A DNA stretch of 62,346 nt, the filler included, from Nemertoderma westbladi (lineage: Eukaryota > Animalia > Xenacoelomorpha): assembly GCA_032718475.1 (NCBI GenBank). It is 3 parts of 3 records of this genome, joined end to end, with 100 filler letters (N's around TTAATTAATTAA, not from the genome) between each part and the next. Parts side by side here need not be neighbours in the genome. Positions count along the whole stretch, not along the records: positions 17,337 to 43,245 come from JAUCBJ010008631.1; 2 more parts are not named here. The stretch is one strand, 5' to 3'. Within the stretch, counting starts at the first letter, position 1. Each line of letters opens with the position of its first letter. The position numbers and the translations under genes are program-made. The notes under the pieces were generated by a model. It saw only the letters and a list, made by a program, of their open reading frames with translations. It was not told where the DNA came from and ran no database searches. This document shows, piece after piece, positions 27,401 to 38,462 of this stretch.

Positions 27401-28201
27401 CCCCAAACTATGATGTCGGAAGGATATATCTCCGCTATGCCACAATATGACGAACTTATCGAGGTAGTTGAAATTTTGCCTCATGATAGTGGATTTAGAG
27501 TTGTGCGCGAATACTTGTTACAGATTCACCCCGACAATAAGAATACATGGAACTTCCAGAAAGTTGTCAACCGTATTATGTATGGTGAATTTGATCGTTT
27601 CCGAACAGAAAAGCGAAATAAGGGAGCTTGGTTAACCGTCGCATGGGCGTACCGAGCCGCCTTCTACCATAAACGCATACGAGCAAGCGTATTCGAGGAA
27701 GAGGAGATCCTAGAGGCGACCAACGTACCAGCTACTCTGGTTGCGCCGTCTGCACATCACCCTCGGGAGGACGGACAGAACAGGATTATAAGGGTTCAAA
27801 AGGTGAGCCAACAACTAAAGAAAACTATAAATATTGAAGAAAGAAAGGGATCTGAACCGACTATTCGCGTTACTCGAGATACGGTGTCACTTCCCAGAGA
27901 ACCGCAAGGAGGATTAGGACACATACCAGTCGATCAAAGGGGGGCGCAAGTTTCTCTTGGGTCTGCGTCGTCCGCTTCCCGCGCATTCCCAGATGTTTTG
28001 CCAACAGTGGATACAACCAGTCGGTCACGAGGAGTCGGACGAGGATTTGGGATTACTAGAAGGCGAGCTTGTGAGGAAGTGGTCGCACCGTCTCCCAACG
28101 TCCAAGGTAAACCAGTGACTCGCCCCATAAGCCCTGTAGTACGAGCCAAGTCGCCTATACGCAGTTTTCGAGGACGCGGCCGTGCTCAATCCACAAAATG
28201 A
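24481..28201 (+). pseudogene. Extra ORF of BEL/Pao family 2 (~1240 codons reconstructed): DEDDy-type 3'-5' exonuclease-like domain, three CCHC-type knuckles, RG-rich tail
   Basis: 24481-26667 continues in frame past one TGA to 26964, then shifts +1 into the 27005-28201 frame. ExoI FYDNEG (25891), LPKMVRNIILDKTVVKIGSGVRED (ExoII, D at 26161), YVDT, W..PP...QYYLAIE (ExoIII-like). Knuckles at 27074-27253. Confidence 0.75.
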
Positions 28202-28304
28202 TAAATAAAGTGTTATACTTAAAAGGACTAATTATTCCGAACTCGCAAGAACTTATGTAAAGTGGGAAGACAAGAGTGGACGGAAGACTCGTGAGCCTTT
28301 CTTA

Positions 28305-28730
28305 TGATTTCATTTATGTAATTTGTATTGTTTATGTAATTTGTATTGTTCCAAACTTATGCGTTATATTGTTTCAAGTTTATGCAATTTATATTTAGAA
28401 AAATTTATATTTAGAAAGATTTATATTTAGAAAGATTTGTATTTAGAAAGTGTTATATTTGTAGTCATTCCAAACTTACGCAATTTATTGTTTCGAATAT
28501 TATGCAATTTATATTTTATAAAGAAGCAGTAAATAGAAGGCAAGAGCAGACGGAAAACTTGTGAGCCTTTCTTGTGATTTCATTTGAAATTATTCCGAAC
28601 TTATGCAATTTATTTTATATTTAAGTAGCATTTGTATTTGTGATTGTTTGAATTTATGCAATATTTGAGATGCAATAGATTTATATTGGTGAATTTAATT
28701 TAGATTTATATTGTACTTACTTAATAAAGC
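28305..28730. repeat. Degenerate AT-rich short direct repeats in the element's 3' non-coding region
   Basis: TTATGCAATTT(A/G)T variants and ATTTATATTTAGAAAG x3-4. Confidence 0.75.
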
Positions 28731-29035
28731 CTTAAATACGTAAAGTTTGAATTTGTAATTATTTTGTATCGAATTATTATGTAAAGGTATTATTGTTGAG
28801 ATTTAATTTGTAAATATGTAAGTACGCCCCAAGTATTCCATAATTTGATTTAGTATTGGTGAAAACCGTATATTTTATGCACGATAATATCTTGTTTTCA
28901 TGGAGCGGTATAGAATTATATCCTCATAAAGCCGTGGATTTTCAAAATTTTATTTTGTTCGAATTAATTTGCTATAAAGATTACATTAAGTCCTCATTCG
29001 TATTTACTATATCTATTTGTATAACATTGTTTAAG

Positions 29036-29120
29036 TGGTTCAGTAGCTCAGTCGGTTATGCGTTAGAAAATCGTGTAGTAGGTATCGAGTTCGAATCCTA
29101 ACAGGTGCGGATTATTTTTT
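29036..29120 (+). ncRNA. tRNA-derived Pol III-like unit (A box, B box, T-run), not an intact tRNA
   Basis: TAGCTCAGTCGG at 29044-29055, GAGTTCGAATCC at 29087-29098, T6 at 29115-29120. Acceptor and anticodon stems are not convincingly paired. Confidence 0.6.
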
Positions 29121-29186
29121 GTGCTAAGTTTCAACTCATTTGAATTAACCGCTACGATTTAATTGTATCTGCTTAAGGTGGATTAA

Positions 29187-29442
29187 CCAATGCGATTGCA
29201 GTTATTTGATAGCAACCAATGTCGTGCAAGATACGTGTTTGCTGGACCAATGATTATCTTTAAAAACCTAGTAGAACTCATAGAACAATCTAGATTTATC
29301 TAGATTGTTAGCGGCACTAATTTGCTATAAAAGGTGCGATTTGTTCATTAGTTATCACTTCTTATTACTTATTACTTACACTACTACTTCTTGTATAAAT
29401 CCTTTAGTTATTGTATATTAGTTATCGTTTATTTGTAATAAA
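29187..29442 (+). promoter_or_regulatory. Pol II promoter (three CCAAT boxes ~30 bp apart plus TATA) and polyA signal
   Basis: CCAAT at 29187, 29216 and 29247; TATAAAA at 29326-29332; AATAAA at 29437-29442. Confidence 0.6.
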
Positions 29443-31398
29443 GTTAGAAAGTATTTGTTACATCTGTTTTTACCATGCTTTACCACGGTGAACACAACTG
29501 AGGGACAGATGGCAAGCTAGACATCGGGCCGCGGCAATAGACGGGAACATCGGAGGAATGTAGAAAGGAGACAACCCACAATACCTATTCTTAGTTATTC
29601 GCCCATCGCCTGAAAGGTTAGACAGCGTTCGATGCCTCGTTACCTAAGCGTAAGACCTAAGATCGAAGGTAGAGCTACTGACACGCTGTGCGCTAAAAAT
29701 TACATTTAGGGACTGTACCGTTTTAATTCGGAAAAACCGCAGTAGACCTTCACATTCCTACGGGGGGGGGGGGGGGGGGGGGGAGGAGAAAGAGCAGGCA
29801 GAGAGAGATACTAGTACACAGATAGGATACAGGCACACCAGTACAAGGCATACACATTGGTAGGGTGCAGTAAGCTGTACGCCTAACTCATTTGCCAGGT
29901 ATACGTGCGTCGGTGGCCCGTTTGTAGTACAACGGTGTCCATCTGCATTAGAACTTGTAGGCCAGGAAGGGTTACTGTGTTTTTATCTGAATTGGGATTG
30001 TACTGTTCAGGCGGTAGGGCAGTTTACTGCTAGGTGCAAATAAATTCAGGCTATTAGGGATACTAACATCTACCGTGTCCCCGCCGACATTCTGATTAGG
30101 AGTTGCCGTGCCCACCTAGGCAACCAAAATTCTAGATAGAACGCCAGGCTAGCTATTTGTAACTGTACGCCTACTGTAGTAAACTAACACATTTCTTCTT
30201 AGTATTAGGGACCTGGTAAATTAAATTGCCGAATTCTGGGCGTAGTATTAACCTTATGCCTGAATTTGAGTCCTGGAAATACACAAAAGGGGAAGGAGCC
30301 TTATCATTCGTGAGTATTGGACCTACAAGCTACAAAATTAGAATATTTGTAAAATGTACACCGGACCCAGTAATTATATATGTGAAGGATTAAAACTGAT
30401 TTACACGCGTTAGGAATTATTTACACCTCAAAATATATAAAATAGTTTTTGTCCGTACTGCACTTTGCCCGCTAGTTAGACATCTAGCTAGCGTCTCTCT
30501 CACCCACCCATATAAATCACACCGCGGCAAAGTATACGAGCGCCCTTAGTCCGTCAGTGAGTCAGCCTGATTTTAGGATTCGCTGCGTGGGATTTTGTTT
30601 TATCGAAGTTTGTCCGTTCGTAGACTGTCTTCTGCCTCACCGGTTATAAGAGACCAATACCGCAATAGATTTGCTTACTTAGAGTTTACTGTTTTGGTGA
30701 GAAGGTCGGATTTATGTTTTGATTCTCAGACTTTACAGTAGGATATTGCAGGGTATTAGGTACGTCTCTTCGCACAACAACAATTATATTATTAGAACAG
30801 ATTTTTATATTTCAAACTATAATGTTAGCCTTATGGAGAATCATTATGAGGCTGAATAACCATTCAGCCTTATAAGCATACAGCCTCCACAGTATTAATG
30901 TTGGCACAAAGATTTCAAAATAAAACAATAATTCGATGAGAGCATAGTACAATACACACACTGGGTAGTGAGGCCAACACACTGTGTAACTAACAGTCAT
31001 TTAGCTTGCACGCCAATTAATTAACATTGGGAAGAGTTATTCAGCTGAGACTGTAATAGCCAGCTAAATCAGTTCATGTTTGCTTACTGTCTGGGCTGTA
31101 GAGTAGAGCGATAATACTTGGCGCAGAAAGTACTTCTTCGTTAGTTGGCCTTCCTATTGAATGCATTACCAGGCCATCTCTATGTTATTTTTCGAAATAA
31201 AACAAGTTGAGATGTTTCAATTTAAACCGTGATGTCACAAGTACCCATAGATATATATTTTCATGATCCATGCAAAATTTCATCAAAATCGTTAGAGCCG
31301 TTTTTGCTCTAGGTCAGTAGCCAGTAGTAAGTAGCCAGTAGTCAGCAATCAGTAGCCAGTAGCCACCAGTAGCCAGTAGTCAGTAGCCAGTAGCCAGT

Positions 31399-32127
31399 GA
31401 GGCGAGCAGTTCGCCCTCCGATGTGCTTCGACTGACCAGCAGGCGCGGCTGGACGTTTCGCTGAGTGGCTTCTGGGGCAACCCCTTCCCGAGGACCTTCA
31501 TCGACGTTTCAGTATTCAACCCGCTGGCCGCTACGAACGCCGCCATGTGTTTGGATGCCGCCCATCGCCATCACGAGGACCGAAAGATCCGGAAGTACGA
31601 GGAGCGGGTGAGGGAGGTTGAACATGGCAACTTCACTATCCTCATCTTCACGGCTTTCGGCGGGATGTCCAAAGCCGCCACGCAGTTTGTTACTCGCCTG
31701 GCCCACAAGATCGCGGACAAAAGGGAGGTCCGGTACTCCGACAGTATCACCTGGGTTCGCCGGCGACTGAGTTTCGCATTGCTGAGGTTGTCGCTGCTCT
31801 GTCTGCGTGGCTGTAGATCAGCTTCTCGCCGCCCCGTCTGCTGCAATATCGCAGAGGCGTCCATTCTCCTGGCTAATGCAAACTCGGACCCAACAGGCTG
31901 AATGGCAGTGCAGTGGTAGGCAGTAAACAGTACAGCAGTACATACTGGTAGTTTAAATAGCAATCTGGTTGCTAGGCAGCCATCAAATACAGCTGGTGGT
32001 GGTTGGTGAGTAATTATTTCGTTTTTACGTGCTGTATTTTGTATGTGCTGTACTGTTCTTTTGATAACTATTTGAATTTGCAATGCAATTGTTGAAATAT
32101 ATCATAAGTATTAGGTACTAAAAAAAA
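31399..32127 (+). mobile_element. 5'-truncated CRE-clade LINE: restriction-like endonuclease C-terminus, 3'UTR, A8 tail
   Basis: Frame from 31401 reads ARLDVSLSGFWG..FIDVSVFNP..RKIRKY..FTILIFTAFGGM..WVRRRLSFALLR..CLRG (PD..D..K-type RLE of CRE elements). Poly-A at 32120-32127. Confidence 0.88.
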
Positions 32128-32269
32128 GCCAGTAGCCAGTAGCCAGTAGCCAGTAGTCAGTAGTCAGTAACCAGTAGTCAGTAACCAGTAGTCAGTAGTC
32201 AGTAGCCAGTAGCCAGTAGTCTGTAGCCAGTAGTCAGTAACCAGTAGCCAGTAGTCAGTAACCGTTTTG

Positions 32270-35200
32270 GTCAGGTCAGGTATTCTAGGTCATTGATCAA
32301 GAAAACTTGCCACCTCCATGCAGCATAAAGGAGGTGCCACCTGTAGCTGCATAGACCCTCTTACTAGGGCAAATCTGGTCCTGTAACTAGGACCCCCTTC
32401 GTTCTGGGATAAGGACGCCCTTGGTCCTGGATTAAGGACCCATATACTTGGCTGCAGGGGAATATGGCCTGACCAGGCAGATGGTGATCTACCAATGGCT
32501 GGTCAGGAGTAGAGTGTTCTCATGTCCACTCTGAGAGCACTTCACTGCGACCTGCACCTGGCAGCAAGGGTACAGGGCATGACCCAGCAGATGAGCTGCA
32601 ACAGCCAATGGTGGGTCATGTGCGCCAGAGTAGATATGGGTGATGGGCCTCATAACTGACTCCATTGCGACACCCACCCTGTGGAATGGCAAACCAGGGT
32701 GTGGTATTTGCCCCGAGAGCTGACTCGGCAAAAAAGCACCCCCCAACCCCCACTATGGATTACATTAGCAATGCGGAGGTCCGGCCACTAGAGGCCAGTG
32801 GAATTACCGGACACAATCGGCCTCACAGGCGTCAGTTAACTCCTGACCGGCCGCCTGTCTCACCCCCTACTGGTGAGAGAGTGAGAGAGGTGAGTCCCTT
32901 TCCTGATGACCTTTCTGGCCCAAACCCTGGGTCACCAGGAAGGCCAGATTGTGATGGGCAGAGGGATTCTGGAGTTGGAGGCTACTCTCATGTTCCACCC
33001 CGACCAACAAAGCCATTGGTGAATCTGAGGCAAGTCACAAGACTAGCCCTAACACCCTAAGACCCTAAGTAAACACCCTAACACTCGGGTCCCCAATGCG
33101 ACAAGGTGAGCTGACTGCCTTGGCAGATAAGCTTTCTCTTAGCGCAGTGGGTGTTCAAGAGCACCGAATCAGACTGGACAGACTGATGAGGTTCTGATTA
33201 AGGACATGGGGGGCGGTTGCCGACTTGCCCTCGCATCAGCAGATGATAGTGGCAATGGTGGAATTGGTCTATTGATGAATCCAACTGCACATGCAGCATT
33301 GGACAAAATAGACCAAATCTCTAACCACATCATCCTTTGCCACTTCTCATGTTCTGGAAGACTGGCTAAGAAGTTTCCTAAGGTGGTTCTGATTGTGTGC
33401 TACTCTCCAACTAGTGTTGCCCCTGTAGAGGAGGTGGAAAATTTCTACCACAATCTACAAGCAGCTACTGATGGAGTGGATCAGCATGCATTCTTAACAT
33501 TCCTGGGAGACTTTAATGCAAGTCTGCATCAATCACCTACATCGCCCTGGGTCTATAGCAATAGTGTTAACCGAAATTCTGTCCATCTTCAGGATTTTAT
33601 CTCTGGAAATGGATTGTTTTCGGCTGGACCCCAGTTCAAGAAGCGAACTGGAAAGCTATGGACTCATAGTGGACCCAGTGGTCACAAGTCCAAGATAGAC
33701 CATATTCTGTTTCGTAGGAAATACAGGAGCTCTATACAAGACTGTAATGCATTTACACTTCGACCCTTCTCCAGTGATCACCGCCTTATTGTGACCAAGG
33801 TAAGACTTAGTCTGCGTGCTAGCAGAACAACGAAATCTGCCTTGCCGCGGCATGACTGGTCCTCTCTGTTGCAACAGCCTAGTGTGAGATCCAGCTTCAC
33901 ACTACAGCTGAGCAACAGGTATGAGGCTCTTGCCTCTGAGGCGGCAGATCACTGTGAGGGCTACACTGCCTTTACAGAAGCAGTTAAGTTAGCAGCTGCA
34001 GAAACAGTTCCTGTATACCCTCGAAACAGGAAAAGGGCCCCCTGGACTGACAACAAAATTCAAATGACCTTCATAAGGCACAGAAAGAGTCCCGACTCAA
34101 ACATACTACAGCGGCCAAGAATGCAGTTAAGGCTGCATCTAGGTCCCTGAACAGGCAGTACTCTGCTAATCTACAGGAGCTAATAAACCAACAGGTTGAT
34201 GCCATCAATGATGCTGACGACAGCAGGCAATCATCCCAGGCATGGAAATCGATCAATCTGCTTACTGGGCGGAAAAGCCAACCAACCACCAAGGTTAAGG
34301 CTGAATCACCAGCCGATCGCCTCAATGGTTGGAAAGCCCACTTTGAAAAGCTCCTCAATAATGACAGGGTATTGCCTGATAACTTTATAGAAGTAAAAGT
34401 GTCTGAGTCTGTACTCCCAGATATTCCCATTGGCGATATCTCCTTTGCAGAAGTGAAGGCTGCTGCAAAGAGCATTAAGACCAATCGTGTCAGTGGAGTA
34501 GATGGTGTTCCCACTGAGGTCTTTAAAATACCTGAGTGTTTAAAGCTCATCTATCCCATCATAGTAGACATGTACCGAACAACAAGAGTCCCACAAGAAA
34601 TGAAAACAAATAAGTTGGTGCCAGTTCCCAAGAAGGGCAACCTATCACTCTATGGTTCTTTTCGGGGAATCTCATTGATCTCGATTGCTGCAAAGCTATA
34701 CAATAGGATTCTATTAAATCGCATCAGGGATCCCATTGAGAGACTACTCCGTGGAAATCAGAATGGGTTCCGTAAAGGTCGTGGGACTCCATTTTGGCAC
34801 TTAGAAGGATAATTGAAGAGTTATCAAAAAAGAAAAACAGGCATCTGGCTGTTATCTTTGTTGACTTCTTCAAGGCCTTTGATTCAGTCTATCGCTCACG
34901 TATGTTCAGCATACTTTCATTATATGGGATTCCTGATGAAATTATTGCAGCAATCAGATCAGTATACGATGGTTCGACAACATTTGTGTCTACTGTTGAC
35001 GGTGTCACAGAACTATTTGAAGTGTTATGGGGCGTCCTCCAAGGAGACACACTTGCACCATTCTTGTTCATTATTGTGGTTGACTATGTTCTACGCATGT
35101 CCTTAGATCATTATAATGATGATGGGGTGATAATAACTCCACCTACTGGCTCCAGAAGTCGAGGAAATCCTGCCAAGTACCTAACTGATCTGACATTGCT

Positions 35201-36016
35201 GATGACTTAGGCGTACTCTCAGAATCATTAGAGGGAGCCCAACGGCTCCTCAGCTCATTAGAACATGCTGCTTCTAGTGTTGGTCTTTTTATTAACTCCA
35301 GAAAGACCAAAATTCTGACAGTTAACTTTGAAAGTCCTCAGCAAGTCTCTGATCGGATGAGCATAAGCTCAAAGGATGGTATGCTTGAGCATGTGGACGA
35401 CTTCTGTTACCTGGGATCATGGATCCGGAAGTCAGGTGAGGACCTTCGAATACGTAAGGGAAAGGCATGGGCAGCCTTGAATAGGCTTTCCAGGATTTGG
35501 AAGTCACCGAGAATTAATCGGAAACTTAAGGTCCGATTATTTAGAGCAGCAGTAGTTCCAGTACTCCTCTATGGGAGTCCATGCTGGGCTCTAACTGCTG
35601 AGGACACCAAATCTCTGGATGGCACATTCACAAGAATGCTACGCCGGGTTCATTGTGTCAAGTACAATGCACACATCTCCAACCAGACACTATATAACAT
35701 TGGAGGTGTCTCATTGGTTCCCCCAAGCTTGACACTAGAACAAAATCGCCTCCGCTTTGCAGGACATTGCTTTCGCCATGAGGACCAGCCAGTGCATAAT
35801 CTTGTACTTTGGCAGCCTCATGGAGTGAATAAGCATGGTGGACAGCCCATGACTTTCTTGAGACGCATCTTAAAGGACACTGGCCTTAAAGATGCGGATG
35901 ATCTAGCAAATGTCATGGGTGATAGGGAGTTGTGGCGGTGCAATTTTGTTGACAAGCCGGCACAGCATTCTTAAAAATGCAGCTGCAATGCAGCATGCCG
36001 ATCCTAGTAGTAGTAG
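32270..36016 (+). mobile_element. Full-length but frameshifted RTE family B (copy 3)
   Basis: Colinear with 2710-6454, with several indels and a (TAG)4 tail. Possible 25-bp TSD at 32236-32260 and 36015-36039, ambiguous because it lies within the microsatellite. Confidence 0.96.
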
Positions 36017-38462
36017 TAACCAGTAGCCAGTAGTCAGTAGCCAGTAGTCTGTAGCCAGTAGCCAGTAGTCAGTAGTCTTAGTAGCCAGTAGCCATTAATC
36101 TGTAGCCAGTAGTCAGTAGCCAGTTGTCAGTAGTCAGTAGCCAGTAGTCAGTAGCCAGTAGCCAGTAGCCACTCTAGCCAGTAGCCAGTAGTCAGTAGCC
36201 AGTAGTCAGTAGTCAGTAGTCAGTAGCCAGTAGCCAGTAGTCAGTAGCCTTTTTTTCTTACAGTAATCAAGTCTAACGACTTGCTAATTATTCATCTCTT
36301 GCAGATTTACATCTCAAATAGAGAAGTATTTCAAAAAATATTGTAACATCAACAGGTCTCAAGATGATTTATGAATTTCTATTAACTAGTATGCATATAT
36401 GAATACTAACATCTGCCATTGGTTAATGGGGGTATTTTCGTTATGTAGCCTCTCCTAACAAGAGTTGGCCCAAATGTATCTACTCGTGACCTATAAATAT
36501 AAATATAATATATAAATTTTATTTTAGTTAGGCAGAAAACTTCAGTTAATGTCAAGATTCATGTATACATTTTTGCTGATTTAATGTGACATCATCAATT
36601 TTATTTTTCAATTGCAATTATTACCATTCTTCCTTTTAAAATTTCTGATCAAATAATTATTATGCTAAAATAATCAAAAGAAATGAGCAGAATTGGAAAG
36701 ATTAATTTCTAATTACTCCTTATTACAGTTAGTATGCGTTTGGGAGGTCTACACCCCGAAGGCCGGCCCCATCCCCAAACCCAAGTCCTCTCCAAGATCT
36801 GTGACCCCCTCGTAGACAAAGTGAATTGGATCGCAACAGGGCGAACTGTAGACGCCTGCGGACACCACCCATCACCATGGCCAACCCGCGTGTACGCATT
36901 CCCGCACGTCTGGCACCAGAGTCTCTGCAAGGTGCTGGATGAATATCTCAGCCTCCTTGACCAGACCCCGTCTGTGGTTCCTACAAGGGGCGTGAATGAG
37001 ATGATCCTTGCCTCAGTGACTGCGCTGTAGTGCGATTTCTTCACACGGACGCATTGTTCGAGGATGGAGTTGACAGGTCTGTTGATGTATGAGGGGGTGT
37101 CGGCGTTAACAATCACTATGTCAAATGACGGCACCCTCTGATTGACCCAGACACCCCTTGCCAGAAGATCTGCCCATACCCCTCCCACCTCATGACCATC
37201 TCTGTCCAGGTACCCAGAGGACAGACTCACCTCCTGCTGGACACAGTATCCTCCGAACACAGATGAGATCAGGTCCCCAAACACCTCACGCAACTCATTA
37301 TGCCGCTGTATAATTAGCCCCCTATGTTTGCAGTTGAGGGCATGGGCAGTGGTAAAGGGAGCTCCACAACCTTCACAATTAGACGGGAGACCAGGCAGCA
37401 TGAGACTGTAGCATAGCGCGAGGTTGGTGTGGAACACTTCGGGATCTAGGTCGGTGTGGTCAGCCGGAGATGGCTGAGCGGACATCCAACCACCTGTTTT
37501 GTGGGACACAGTCTGTTACACTGTGCAACGCCGAGCTACGGGGACTTATTGGAGTGCCTCCTGCTGTTTGGTCTCGTACTCAGCATCCTGGATGATCATA
37601 CTATCAGCGAGAGTGGAGGTGAGGCAAGCATTGTGGTCTGCCACTTGGAGGGGGTGCCCAGTAATCAGGGCATTGATTACTCCTTCTGTTCCAGTCTGGG
37701 AGGCCTCTCGTGCATATGGCCTCCTCATCAGGGGGTCCCGGATCCCGATTCCCCCGTGGTGAACTGGGAGGAGTAGCAGTCCCTCATCTACTGGGCTGAG
37801 TGGGATCCCAAACAACGCTGGGATGTACTTCGCCATGAGCGCTGAGCGGATCAGGGCCAAGTCCTCATCGGTTGTGTCAACCACGCGGAGCAGGTAGTCC
37901 CACTCCACCTGGATGCAGTGGGTCATTCCGAGGTGGGCGATCTGGGGGTACTCTTTAGCAATTTCAGCCATCCAGTCAATGCTGGAGACCCACCCTGACA
38001 CCTTCTCTGCCACGAACTCCTGGTGTCCCTCTTTGTCACCAACATAGCCACACAGGAAGCGGCGCCGTGAGACAATCTTGACCCCAGACGAGCCAAATAC
38101 TTCGTGAGCCAGGTTCTCGAATTTGGACTTCACCTCCAAGTAGCTCTTGGTGGGCTCGGGGTTGCAGCCGATCTGGGGTCCTTTGTGGAGCAGCACGTCC
38201 CACCATACCTTCACTGCCAACGAGGAAGCTTGCAGAAACGGCATCATCGCATACCAGTACTGTCTCTGTGTATGGACAGGTTCAGAGCGCTGTGGGGTAA
38301 AGGGTGGGTCTGAATCCTCAGAGGTGGTGAGAGGTGGCGATGCAGTATGTCGAGTCTGTCCCTGCTCCTGGGTTGACAGAGCCAATGACGGATCAGGCGT
38401 GTACGTAGTTGCTGGTGGAAGGTTGGGGTGTGGTGATGGAGTGAGTGGTGGTGGCGATGGTT

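Larger units (their letters stand above)
28908..29761 (+). mobile_element. Putative 3' LTR of BEL/Pao family 2 (boundaries uncertain)
   Basis: Preceded by purine-rich GGAGCGG. Contains three CCAAT boxes, TATAAAA and AATAAA in LTR order. Ends ATTCCTAC, an imperfect inverse of a TGTAG(G)AAT start. No 5' LTR is available for comparison. Confidence 0.5.
31313..36249. repeat. 7-bp microsatellite (CAGTAGC/CAGTAGT)n split into three blocks (31313-31398, 32128-32262, 36017-36249) by retroelement insertions
   Basis: Seen directly. Confidence 0.92.

Noticed and set aside
24481-28201. env glycoprotein or independent host gene
   Set aside because: No signal peptide or TM segment. It shares the 22-mer motif and the level of decay with the flanking BEL sequence.
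29036-29120. Functional tRNA gene
   Set aside because: The A and B boxes are present but a full cloverleaf cannot be formed by eye.
29762-29783. Poly-G/poly-C runs (also about 2545, 41534, 44894) as G-quadruplex elements
   Set aside because: Simple homopolymers of unreliable length with no further support.
29784-31312. Possible host promoter or exons
   Set aside because: A TATA-like site and mixed composition are present, but no supportable ORF, splice pattern or element boundary was found.
33047-33082. Interstitial telomeric CCCTAA repeats
   Set aside because: Irregular spacing; explained by local recopying of ACCCTAAC already present in the RTE.
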